Assembly (NCBI RefSeq): GCF_000400465.1
Contig: NW_008806285.1
Span: forward strand, 210,001-242,000
Source of the DNA: Wallemia ichthyophaga EXF-994
Taxonomy: Eukaryota > Fungi > Basidiomycota
Direction of reading: 5' to 3'
Length of the DNA stretch: 32,000 nucleotides
Positions 1 through 10,432 of the stretch are shown in pieces. The notes beneath the pieces were generated by a model, which saw only the letters and a list, made by a program, of their open reading frames with translations, was not told where the DNA came from and searched no databases. A program made the translations under genes and the position numbers. How positions within the stretch are numbered: the stretch's first letter is position 1; each line of letters opens with the position of its first letter.

Positions 1-644
1 TGTTCAATTCAAGCTGCGCCATCATTTAGCAATAGTTTCCCAAACATATTTGGCTCCAAACACGATATACCGTGTTTGATTCCTTGCGCAATCGATCAGG
101 ATCCTTACTTTAGAATAACGCGCGATGTTGCAGCCAAATTAAAATATCCAAAACCTGCTTTGTTACATAGCAAGTTTTTCCCCGCATTACAAGGATCTCA
201 AACAAAGATGAGCGCTTCTGATACTAATTCTTCTATATACATGACGGACAAACCGAACGAAATCAAAAACAAAATGAATAAGCACGCATTCTCTGGAGGT
301 CAAGCATTGGCCGAAGATCACAGAAAGTACGGCGGTAACCCTGATGTTGACGTTTCGTATCAGTATCTTGGATTCCTGATGGATGATGATGATGAATACA
401 AGAAAATTGCTGAAGTAAGTATTGAAAGTGATCGTGTTTATTCTACTCACCTCGTAATTAGGAATATCGTGCCGGTAACATACTCTCAGGTGAAATGAAG
501 AAACTTTGCATCGGAGAATTGCAAAAGTTTGTTGCAAATTTCCAAGAAGCCAAGTCCAAAGTTACTAATGAAATGTTGCAATCCTTTATGGATCCTCAAA
601 AGATCATCAATGGCTTTGATGGTGGGTGTCCTCTCAGATGCTGA
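1..644 (+). CDS. WRS1: Cytoplasmic tryptophanyl-tRNA synthetase, 3' part (5' end outside window)
   Basis: Translation contains [24 protein letters not shown] and the class I KMSAS motif. A GTAAGT...TAG intron at ~415-461 restores [17 protein letters not shown]. Stop TGA at 642-644 unless a further GTGGGT intron from 622 moves the end to ~694. Confidence 0.95.
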
Positions 645-760
645 TGAAACTTTTCTTACTTGAAGAACTAGTCTTAAACACGCAAACCAAATAATAAGGT
701 TGAAAGCATAACAATATTATAACTGTGTTACGTATTCGTATAAAGGTATATATTTACTAA

Positions 761-3688
761 TTACAATTGTTTCTTGCCTTCAACGTTTTGGTGACTTGAA
801 GGATTAAAGTTGTTAGATTCACCGTTTGTGTTAAAGTTTAACAACTCTGAAGGCTCGCTTTCATTGTCAGATGTTGAGGCCTCGCTGTCAACTTCTGATT
901 TGTTAAAGTCGTTAATTGGATTGAGTCGTTCAATGTTGCCCTGAGCCGTCGCATCAACCTGCTTAGACTCAAAATCGGAGTTTGTAGCGACACTAGCTGC
1001 ATCGAGTTGCTCGACGCTTTTTGTGTTCATTCTATTCATTTTCAAAGTGTCGCGTACCATATGTCTACCTTTCAAGATCTCCCGTTCTATCTTAAAGCGG
1101 TTTTCGACAATATGTAGTTTCGGCCACGTTGCCAACTGCCCCATTTTCATCATGCGTCTGTTGAAAGTGAGCAACGTTATTTAGTAATTGCAACAACTCA
1201 CTTTAGTTCAGGCCTATCAGGATCCGACAATATATGGATCCAATCTAAAAACCTTGTCCGTGGCCAAATAGTTATGCTACCTTCAAACTGAGAGCTATAA
1301 GTTAGAGTTTTGAAATTCAGTAAACAAACAAACCTTTTGAAGAAATACAGATGAAAAATCCGTTGCTAATATCTCTGGCATTAATTCCAAGTCTCTAATA
1401 ACCTATTATTCGTAAGATTTTTGTTCTGTGGAATACCTCATCAACAACTAACTTTTAAATTTTTGCTTAATTCCAGTTTGAGGTAGGATTCAGCTGCCTA
1501 GTGAATTGTGAGATTGATTGAAATACGCGGTAAATGCCCTTACAGCTAAAAAGAATCCACCACGCCATCCTTGACCTCTACGGTGAGCAACAGGTTTACC
1601 AGCAGATCCTAAAAGATATTAGTCAATTGAAATGATGCGAAACACATTTAACACCTCTTGGAGCGTAGAAAAACAAGTGAACATGAGGGTTTACTTGGGA
1701 CACAATAGCGTGGTTGACTAAAGAGTATTAGAAATGCGAGTAGCGGAATAGTTATACTAAAGTACCATTATAAACTAACAGCTCAAATTAGAGAAAATAA
1801 AACCAATTGAAAGCTGAACTTACGAAGGTTTAACGACTGTAATGGTATATCAACTCTAATAGAACCATCCTTAAATCTAGCACCAAGACTAAAAGGCTCA
1901 ATTGATCCATCTTTACATTTGCGCATCAGGACAACTGGTGGAAGGATCTAGAGTTTGTCAAATTTTGCATCTACGCGCAAAGATAGACATACACCTGGAA
2001 CTGCTGCAGATCTATTCAAATAAATAAGTGAAAAGACTGAACAATAAGTAAAAAAGACTGAAAACGAACTTACGCGATAATGGCTGACCAAATTACGCAG
2101 TCGGGCGCTGTTAGATGATTTAAAATCTTTGTGGGACTGTGTCTATCAGATGGGGTAACAGATATATTCAAAGATCTCCCTGTTCGCTCGTAGGCGTCTT
2201 GAAATGTCATTGTACCTCTAGTGAAAAACATGGACTGTTTTTAAATTAGTCAAATCAAAAGATATGGGATCATCTAACCAACCTTCTCCGCCCAAGCTAT
2301 TGTGTCAAAACGAGCACCCGTGCGCCACCATCTCGGGAACCAAACAGAGAAGGAATCTTCGCAAGCTTTAATCTTATCTGCTAGTTCTGGTCTGGTATAT
2401 GGTCAGAACAGGACGCGCTGTGAACATGAACATGCTTTAATAATCGAGAAAGTTCCTTATCAGTGCGTGTTGCACAAAACGCTGCCACTAATCCACCTGC
2501 AGATGTACCAGTTATCACTCTAGGTAACAAGCCAGCTTCCAGAAATGCCTTAAGAACACCAAAGTGATAGCTTTTCAGACATGTAAGCAGAATTAAAGTT
2601 TGATCGTGCAGCTTACTATCCAAAGGAACCTCCTCCAGACAGACAAAGTGCTGACTGACCAAAATTGCGGTTAAAGGATTTAAAAAGGATACGCTTCTGT
2701 TCGATAGAGACAGAGGGATGATCGCGAAGAGTAGAAAGGGACCTGCTGACTAGAAGACCTAAGCTTTTGTTGTAAAGAGAGTTGATAGCTCACCCTCATT
2801 GATGTAGTCTTCAATCAGGACTTTGCTGCCGTAGAATGTCTAAAATGGCATGAGTTTTTTTTTTATAGAGCTAAAAAGTAAAATCACACACTTCACTATA
2901 AAGACGCGAGCTCTCAGTACCAGCAAAGTTGTTTTTGATGCAAATTTCAAGAACACCTATCAGGCCCTGAATGTCATCATTTTGACGCTTGTCTTTTAAG
3001 GAGGACAAGACCTAGAAATATAAGTAGAGGATAGTAGGAATGAAGAAGCTTACTTTCTGAACGAGTAAGGAATCATAGTAAATGCCGCTGTGATTATCGC
3101 TTTTCCATTTCTCGAGATCCAGATAGTGATCCATTTCAACGGCAGCTTTCTTCCAATCATGGAAATTGGTAGCATTTCTCATCTTTTGCCTTATAACAGC
3201 AGACTTGCCACGATCTGGAGGAGCTAATGAGTAGGTAAACAGGGGAATGAGGAATAACTGACGTTGAATAGCCCATTCCCAGAGATTTACGATTTGACGA
3301 ACAGAGACGTAGAATATGAATTCGATAGTGATAGTGAAGAAAAGGATGATGAGGAGGGGATATCTGATTGTAGTGTATCCCCAGCTAAAGCCAGAAGAAA
3401 CTTTGGGTTTACGTCTCCTGAGTTAGAGAGAGAGGATGAGAAAGAAGGAAGGGAAGGGGAAGAGACGTACCTCTTGACACGTTCATGTACAGGTGCAAAG
3501 TCGCTTAAAGCGGAAATGCGAGTGTCCTCATCGATGGAGTCAATTTGACTAAGGGCGAGTCTAAATGCTTGAATATGACTTTGAATGAGTTAGAATATGT
3601 ATAAATATATGATATTCTTATACCTTTGATCAATATAATCATTATTGAGCTCATCATCAAGCTTATCAATCGATTTTAGTGATGGCAT
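761..3688 (-). CDS. Patatin-like phospholipase / triacylglycerol lipase (Tgl3/4/5-like), many introns
   Basis: Patatin nucleophile motif GTSAGG within YHFGVLKAFLEAGLLPRVITGTSAGG. Manual splicing gives N-terminus MPSLKSIDKLDDELNNDYIDQSHIQAF...SDFAPVHERVKR followed by a hydrophobic segment typical of the family. ATG at 3688, stop TAA at 761-763. Internal exon borders were only partly checked. Confidence 0.88.
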
Positions 3689-3723
3689 CGAGTTTTAAAC
3701 AGATAAATTATCAATAAAATATT

Positions 3724-4372
3724 TTAGAAAGCTATTTTAGTATCCAAATCTTTGACTTCGCTTTCAACTTCCTCGTAGATCACTTTCCATTCTTCAAGCT
3801 TTTCCTTTGAATCTTCTTCACCTTTCTTTGATTTCGCTGACTTTGGTACGACCATCATACAGCTCGTTGGTCTCTTTGTACCAGAAGCTTCACCTAATTC
3901 TTCTTTGCTTGCGACGAATACGTATGGAATGGCAGATTCCTCACAAAGTACGGGGATGTGTGTTAGAATATCAATTGGTGATATGTTAGCAGCCATGATG
4001 ACCACGCTTTGATATGCTTAATGTCTTGTAACTCATGAACAACATAACTCACCCCTTCTCACCCTTCTTTACACCTTTAACAACTTCCTTCACACCACGA
4101 CGAAGATTACGAGTTTTTGCACCTTTTTTTTATTAAATTTTGTGTAACGCTGCTTAAATGATAATCAAACCTTTCTTTACACACTTGTGCACTTTCTTTG
4201 CCAATTTTTTACCTGCTAGTGGATGTGCTATCGGCGATAAACTTTCCATTGGAATTTCATCTTCCTCAGTCTTTGATTTTTTAGATTCCTTCTTAGGGCT
4301 GTCCACTGTAGCAGCTTCAGCATCATCCGCAGTAACCGATTTCCTCTTCTTCTTGGTCTCGTCTTTAGCCAT
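3724..4372 (-). CDS. NHP2: H/ACA snoRNP subunit Nhp2 (L7Ae family), 2 introns
   Basis: SPIAHPLAGKKLAKKVHKCVKK / RRGVKEVVKGVRKGEKG / VVIMAANISPIDILTHIPVLCEESAIPYVFVASKEELGEASGTKRPTSC, joined across two GT-AG introns. Confidence 0.95.
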
Positions 4373-4503
4373 TTGTGATTGTTTGAGTGGAAGGAGTGTA
4401 AGCTTAATTCAGCGAAACCCTAAGATGGGTTCCCGGGCGGGTGAAATTTAAAATTGACGGAGGAAAATAAGCTGAACGAGCTCATATTTTACGGTGGGTG
4501 AGG

Positions 4504-4563
4504 TGAAAATTTTCGGCTAAGCGACCATATGCTAGTAATTCTGGACGAAACGAGAAAATTTTT
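4504..4563. promoter_or_regulatory. RRPE-like motifs (TGAAAATTTT at 4504-4513; GAAAATTTTT at ~4554-4563) upstream of NHP2
   Basis: Two AAAATTTT-core motifs 130-190 nt upstream of a ribosome-biogenesis gene; an AAACCCTAA telo-box-like word also lies at ~4414. RRPE function is established in budding yeast and only inferred here. Confidence 0.35.
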
Positions 4564-4959
4564 ATCAAAAAGGAAAACTAGTGTGAAAGCAAAATATAGA
4601 ACGAATATAGAATGATTACAAAGTTTAAAAAATAAAGAGATTTACACTTGGTTACGCATGTGTTCGACTTCTGGGAAGAAATGAGGCCATCGGGGAGAAA
4701 CAGGTCGGATAACAAAAAGGCGCAGCCACAATCACTTAGTTGATAAATATGACTTATGCAGGAGAGCCATTTCCTTGTCTAACCTCACTATAACATCTTG
4801 CAAATGGCTTCAAACGTTCAATGAAGGGAGAAGATTATCACCAGGGAATTGGATTAATTATTTCGAATTACTATATAAATTATTTATTATTTATAATCAT
4901 ATTCATATTCATGTTTATCTTCTGTTACTTAATCATTCACTCTCATCACCCTCCCAGAA

Positions 4960-6181
4960 ATGCTCGACAAGTCTTTAAAATCTATCCTTGTTTGTAATTA
5001 TTTTATCATAATTACCCTTCTCATTCCTATCTCAGCCTTTATTGGATAGCGGCGATCACTACGGCGCTCATCAACGTACTAGAACTGCCGCTGCCAGGTT
5101 ATCCAGGAATGGCATTCAAGGTCAATATACTGCTATCGAATTGCTTTTCATCGTTTCAAAGTCTTTACTCGAAAAGTCTCAATGGGCTTCCGGCGTAGAC
5201 GTTTCTATCATGATGATTGATGCTATGGCTAAATTAGAGGCTCCTTGGGAGCCTACTCACAAAGCTCACGTTACTCAATTGATTGGATTATGTACCTCTC
5301 AATCTACTTGGAGGAAAAAGCTTATCGACGCTGCCATATCGTCTGTCTTACCTCTTTTTTGTCTTCTTTCGCTTATGTCACTTTAGTTCCAGCGCGAAAT
5401 CTTTCAATATACCCTCCGGTCATCCTGATATTCTTCAATACATAGGTAATCTCTACTACAAAGGTATTTTACATTTTCTTTCTCTTGATTTTTCTTATCT
5501 TCATTCCGTCCAGAATCTTCATTTAACGTGGCAGAACATTACTTGATGCTTGCTTCAAAAAAGGAATCTGCTACAATCCTTGCTAAAATGTACATGCAGT
5601 GGGCACTTTCCAACAATCAATATCATGACGATGTCGGCCGTTTTGCTTTGAGAGGTGTTCTTGGGTAAGTCATGCGTCTGAAAAAGCATGGATTACATTT
5701 CTAACTATCTTAATAGTTTCATATTAGCTGAACAAGTCGAATGTGCCATTACTTTTACTCTTAACTTTTTAATAGAGTTACAATTATCTCATCCTAACAC
5801 TATCCTTGAATCTCAACCTCTTGATGGCATAACTTTAACACAATCACATACCCTAAACTTCGCCCAACTAATCATTGCATGCATTCAAAGGAGCGGTACA
5901 TCAAATATTGCACAGGAGTGGAAGTCATTGGTAGATTATTATCGAAACTCTAGTTCCATTGTAAACACTCAACCTGTTACTCAAGTAGGTATTACTAGCG
6001 TTATATTTCAAGCTAATTAGTATAGGCTTGTGCAAAGATTGGTTCTCTCTACTTTGACATCAAACCAATGCAGTCCAGTGGTAACATGATGGATATCATG
6101 TCTTCTTTGCTCGGTGGTGCCCCTGCTCAATCAATTTCCAAACGTAAGTTGGCAAATACGTCAGTTGGTGAATTAGATTAG
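4960..6181 (+). CDS. GET4: Get4 (GET pathway, TRC35/DUF410 family), several introns
   Basis: DSGDHYGAHQRTRTAAARL N-terminal motif, an all-helical body, and a C-terminus GNMMDIMSSLLGG...GELD ending at TAG 6179-6181. ATG at 4960 is followed by a short first exon and a GT-AG intron. Confidence 0.85.
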
Positions 6182-6317
6182 ACTTGACTATTTTGTTTAA
6201 TTATACATACCGCATCCGCATCGAGGTTCAGTGAGATAGTGCTTTTGACTGTGACATTAAATGTTACTCATTGATTGGGGTTTCAGGCTTTTGAGAACCA
6301 CGCTTATTCAAAAAACT

Positions 6318-8202
6318 GTCCAAAATTACAATCAGAATGGATGCGTAAAAAAATTGATTAGCAAACTCAGCAAATTATTGAGGCTCGAATATATCTTGAC
6401 AGTGATTTATCTATAGTTGATGAATTGTATGTTACACAAAACATGGGCAAGAGTTAAAAATATATCATTAGACGCATTAACGCTTTTAAAGCACGGTGAA
6501 AGACATTTAACTTGCTGTTAGATTCTTGACACGCTAACTCTAGCCACATCACCTACCATACGTCCTTAATATCGCTCTTCTAGGATTTAAACCGCCGAAT
6601 GAAATCCATGACTATTCATATTTATTCTGATCACGCCTTTGTTCAGAATAAATATAAAATTTACATATTATTGGTCTTCGCTGATTACACTTCTTTCTAT
6701 TTGATTGTTCGCTCGTTGAACAAACCATTCATTCCACAACCCAGCAGTCTAAACCAACATAATGGAAGAAGGTTGTAAAGAATTCTAACCGAGTAATATT
6801 CATAGAGAAAACGAAATACTTTTGTTAGGAACAACGGCTGAGAAAAGAATGATAAACAATACAGATATACACTTTGTGGAAAAATTTCGAAAGGCTGAAG
6901 GCTGATGGAAAGAAAAGTGACTAAATTATTGTTCGTAAATGACGGAACTAATCGAGCCTAAGTGAGGGTCTACCTCAAGAATGAAGGACCTTGCACGCCC
7001 ACGGTTGAGGCATTTGGCATATCTGGCGGAGGTACACTTCCCAAGATGGGGTGGTCTTGCGCCAGTGCTCGAGGATCTCAAGCGAAACTGGCCAGGTGTT
7101 TCACCGGCTGACAGGACTAAGGGAAATCACCGCGTGCATGAACGAGGTACATGCTTTGCTTTCTTCTCCTCTTCCTCGCAGCTTATTAAACTTCTTACTT
7201 GTCTTGCGGGGTCTAAGCTTGCTTCAATGCTATCTTCTCTTCATTCTAGAAAAGGATGGGGGTCGTATTCTAGATGTCGTCGACCTCGCACTGCCCATCG
7301 TAATAGGGTGCGATTAGGGGCAAATAAAATTATTGAATGAAGAGCAATTGAAACAAGACTTCATAAAATTCAGGAGTCATTTTGCGATATTTAGGATGGA
7401 AATTTCACCTCCCGCTGAATCTACTAATCATGATGCCATAATTCGAACACTAGGATATGTTAAGGGAATATGTATCTATACTAATCACTATGCGTACTGC
7501 TTCCGGCTAACCTTATCTAGTATATAATGTTTCCTAAGCTAAGCGCTTTGGCTTGGCTGATGCTTGTTCATGATCGTAAAGTGGTAGTGGTGCCAAACTA
7601 TAGAAAAGAGCCATGATTGTATGTCTTTCAAGTTTATTTGCAAGGATCACATTGACTGATCAATTCCCAGAACGTCGCTGGTGTATGATAACCACTGAGT
7701 TGATGCCGGCAGAAGGGAGTAAGTTTCATCAGAGTTTAACAAGTGCGTAAAAAAGTTTTGCAATCATAACAAAATCACATTTATTAATATCTCATAACAG
7801 TTTCACTGCGTTCGAGCCCCACAATAACTTCATCTTTTCTCCCTGAAAAGCTTCCTCATTGCGATTAGCAGGATGACGATAGGATAAATAGGAAAACAAG
7901 ATATATACTCGCTATAGGTAGCTGTAGAAGCAAGTAGAATTGCTACTTAGAGCTCAATTCATTAAGAAGAATTATTGACCGCTTTGGCGGCAAGAGCCCT
8001 ACGTCTATTAAAATCCAGAAAAATTAAAAAATTAACTAGCTAGCTAACCCAAGGTAGTCGCAATAGTCATTATCACTGTAATATTTAGAGCTTTGCAGAA
8101 AGAGGCATGTTTTCTCATTTTGCCAAGCCGACCACTAGACTAACCCTTATAGTTGACATCTGACCCTAACTTTTTCAAGGGCTGCTTAATATGAGTTTTT
8201 AA
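6318..8202 (+). repeat. Left arm of a 1,885-bp near-perfect inverted repeat
   Basis: Base x pairs with base 18635-x from 6318/12317 to 8202/10433. The only mismatch I saw by eye is 8188/10447. The identical mirrored ORFs in the track (6981-7340/11295-11654, 7051-7317/11318-11584, 7333-7527/11108-11302) confirm the symmetry. Confidence 0.98.
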
Positions 8203-8620
8203 GGTTGTCTCCCTATTAAACTACATATATGGCTCAAATATTATTTCAAAGGTCGATAATTCTTTGAATTACTATGAAGGCTAAATAGTAAGTTTGAAGT
8301 GGAGCTCCAAAGTAAGTTACATAAAAAGCTCCCTATTTAATTTTCAAGGTGGCTTACGGGTCATTTTAAAGTGTGGCTAACTAGTAATATTCAAAGATGT
8401 CTTACTAGGAATGTTCAGGGGTGTCTCACTAAATATATCTCAATAGTAATTATTAATTTAAAAGTGTGAGTTATTGCGATATTTCTGAAGTAAATCACCG
8501 ACAATGTTCAAGGTTTCCTCGCCAATAATACCTAATAATGGCTTACTTTTAATTATAATAAATGTCTCATCAATTTCAAGAATCGATGGATCACTAGCAA
8601 AGTTAGGATGTGACTAATCA
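8171..8620 (+). repeat. Highly degenerate 24-bp tandem array (consensus roughly TTCAAGG-TGKCTYACTA-TAA)
   Basis: A conserved CT dinucleotide recurs at 8185, 8209, 8233, 8281, 8305, 8329, 8353, 8377, 8401 and 8425, then 3 nt out of phase at 8518, 8542, 8566 and 8614, usually preceded by a TTCAAGG/TTTAAAG-like word. Confidence 0.75.
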
Positions 8621-10432
8621 TCAGCCAAAGTCAAGCAAGTGTGCCCAATAATTCAAAGGGAATATGAGCACACCCGAAGCTGTTCTTGACCAGATGAGCT
8701 CCTATTAGAATTCCGGCGCATGATATACTACGGTTCATTCACATCAGTTAATCTTTCGAACACGATTGATACCACTAGAAACGCTAAATTTTACGACAGC
8801 ACATATGGAAACGGATTGCCATTTTCTTCATCGAGACAATTCATCAAAAAGGGTAAAATCAATCACAGACCGGCTAAGAACAACAAATTTATGACGTAGA
8901 AACTATAAAACAAGTTCCAAAGTGAAATGTTTCGCTGTTTCACGATATGACCAACCCAAATTGAGTGTCGATGCGTTGGTCTATTAAATCATGCTTGCAT
9001 AAAAAACAAAAAAGTTCTACCAAACAGATGAGAAGCAAATAAAACATGCAAACGTGCTTATCAGGGCAAAAAAAAACATTGCACCGTGCCGACTGCCAAA
9101 GTCCCAGGCGAAAAATGGAATTGGAAATGGTCAAAACATGCGTCAGTTGAAACAGGGTGATAGATCTCCATGCATTAATAAATATTAGATAATGAAAATA
9201 TGAACAATGAGACAAAAACACAAACGGACACAAAAAAAGCCATGGAATGAAACTGTTCAACTTCTTCCATTTTGTTAAGTACATAAAAATCTGTAATGAT
9301 ATGCAACAAAATGTCCCCCGTTTGAAATCAATTGAAAACAACGAAGACCTAAGAAAGTAATGTTATAGAATGACCAAGAACGTATCAGCTACTTTGCGGT
9401 TATATAAGTTGAAGATACTGTTACAGGAGGGCAACGTCAATTCTTTGTAAGCCGATTAAAGACGATGGCATCCTTATACTTGATTTAAACTTTTCTAAAA
9501 ATCAAGCTGGTTGGTATATTTTTCTTTTGAAAGTCTTGGAGTAAATATTGTCAAGTAGCAATAATCACTGAAATATTAATAATATACAAATTAATGTAAA
9601 AAAGTTTGGCACTAAAACAAGTTAATTCAAGGACAAAAAAACATCACTTTCCATTTAAGTAATTGCGTTAGCTGCGATAACATAGCATTACAGTTAAACT
9701 TAAATTGTTCATTTTTAAATATTAATCGAGAGTCCGAACTTTTCTCCTTTTCACGTAGTGGCTTTTTGAAAAACGTTTTCCAACGAAGGAAAAGTAGGTC
9801 TCGAAGAATTATTCATCATTGAGAGCAATTTTGCTAATTGTCAAGCTCAACAGTTAGAGTATTTGGTTTATGTTCATCTTTTATGTCAAAAGAGATTTGC
9901 TAACTCGGATGTAAAAACAAATTGAAGTTTAGCAAAATAATGAATAAATCTTAATTTATGGCAAAATTAACGCTCAAAAAAAGAACATTTCTTCCACCTA
10001 CTTCGGCAGTGAAAGTAAATTTATAATAAATATTTATGAAATCATGCCAATACTGTCATTACATATATTTGCATATTTTTGCATAGCGAATTTCTAGATT
10101 CTTATGAACCAGGTTCTGAGTAGCTTTAAAGAGAGACAAAATTCCAAAATTTACCCCTATTGAAGTTTCTTTGCCTTTCTTCAAGGTCGCGTAGATATTA
10201 AGGTTTTCTTTTAATTTGGTACATGATTATTTACAGGCAATTTGCTATCCCTCCTTGACAAAAAAAAAAAAATTGTATTCAGACAATGAATGGGTAACGA
10301 AGTCCGCTACAACATAGCGATGTTCTCATTTATTTTGGACAACCTAGATGTGGTGTCATTATCCCATTATTATAACTTTAAAATCGTCTAGTTACTTCGT
10401 CAAAGCAGACATCACTTTACAAACTTTACAAG
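8203..10432. other. Unique 2,230-bp AT-rich non-coding core between the inverted arms (candidate centromere core or invertible segment)
   Basis: No recognisable spliced or unspliced gene found on either strand. Visibly AT-rich, especially 9480-10430, with A/T tracts (A13 at 10260-10272). The functional call is inference. Confidence 0.55.

Noticed and set aside
3264-3548. Plus-strand 94-aa ORF, and the other short ORFs antisense to or frameshifted within lipase, NHP2, VAC14, CCC2, tubulin, formin and eRF1
   Set aside because: Shadow ORFs of well-supported genes, with no independent motifs.
6981-7527. ORFs of 119, 88 and 64 aa in the arms (mirrored at 11108-11654)
   Set aside because: They overlap each other, carry no recognisable motifs, and appear twice only because of the DNA repeat.
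8140-8170. CTAACCCT / ACCCTAAC telomere-like words near the inner arm ends
   Set aside because: Single hexamer-level matches, not tandem and not enriched.
8790-8850. AHMETDCHFLHR resembles the copia RNase H motif KHIEIDCHFVRE
   Set aside because: The upstream CDN..A and downstream ADxxTK motifs are absent; likely chance.
8940-9341. 133-aa minus-strand ORF in the core
   Set aside because: The F/L/C/I-rich composition is what the complement of an A-rich strand produces; no motif.
10332-10340. ATTTTGGAC also forms the outer end of the right arm (12309-12317), like a 9-bp TSD
   Set aside because: The same word is part of the left arm end and has no counterpart inside the left core edge, so it does not fit a simple insertion; plausibly chance in AT-rich DNA.
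8203-10432. Mating-type cassette inside the invertible core
   Set aside because: I found no homeodomain, HMG, STE3 or CAAX-terminated pheromone ORF by eye; a heavily spliced micro-gene cannot be fully excluded.
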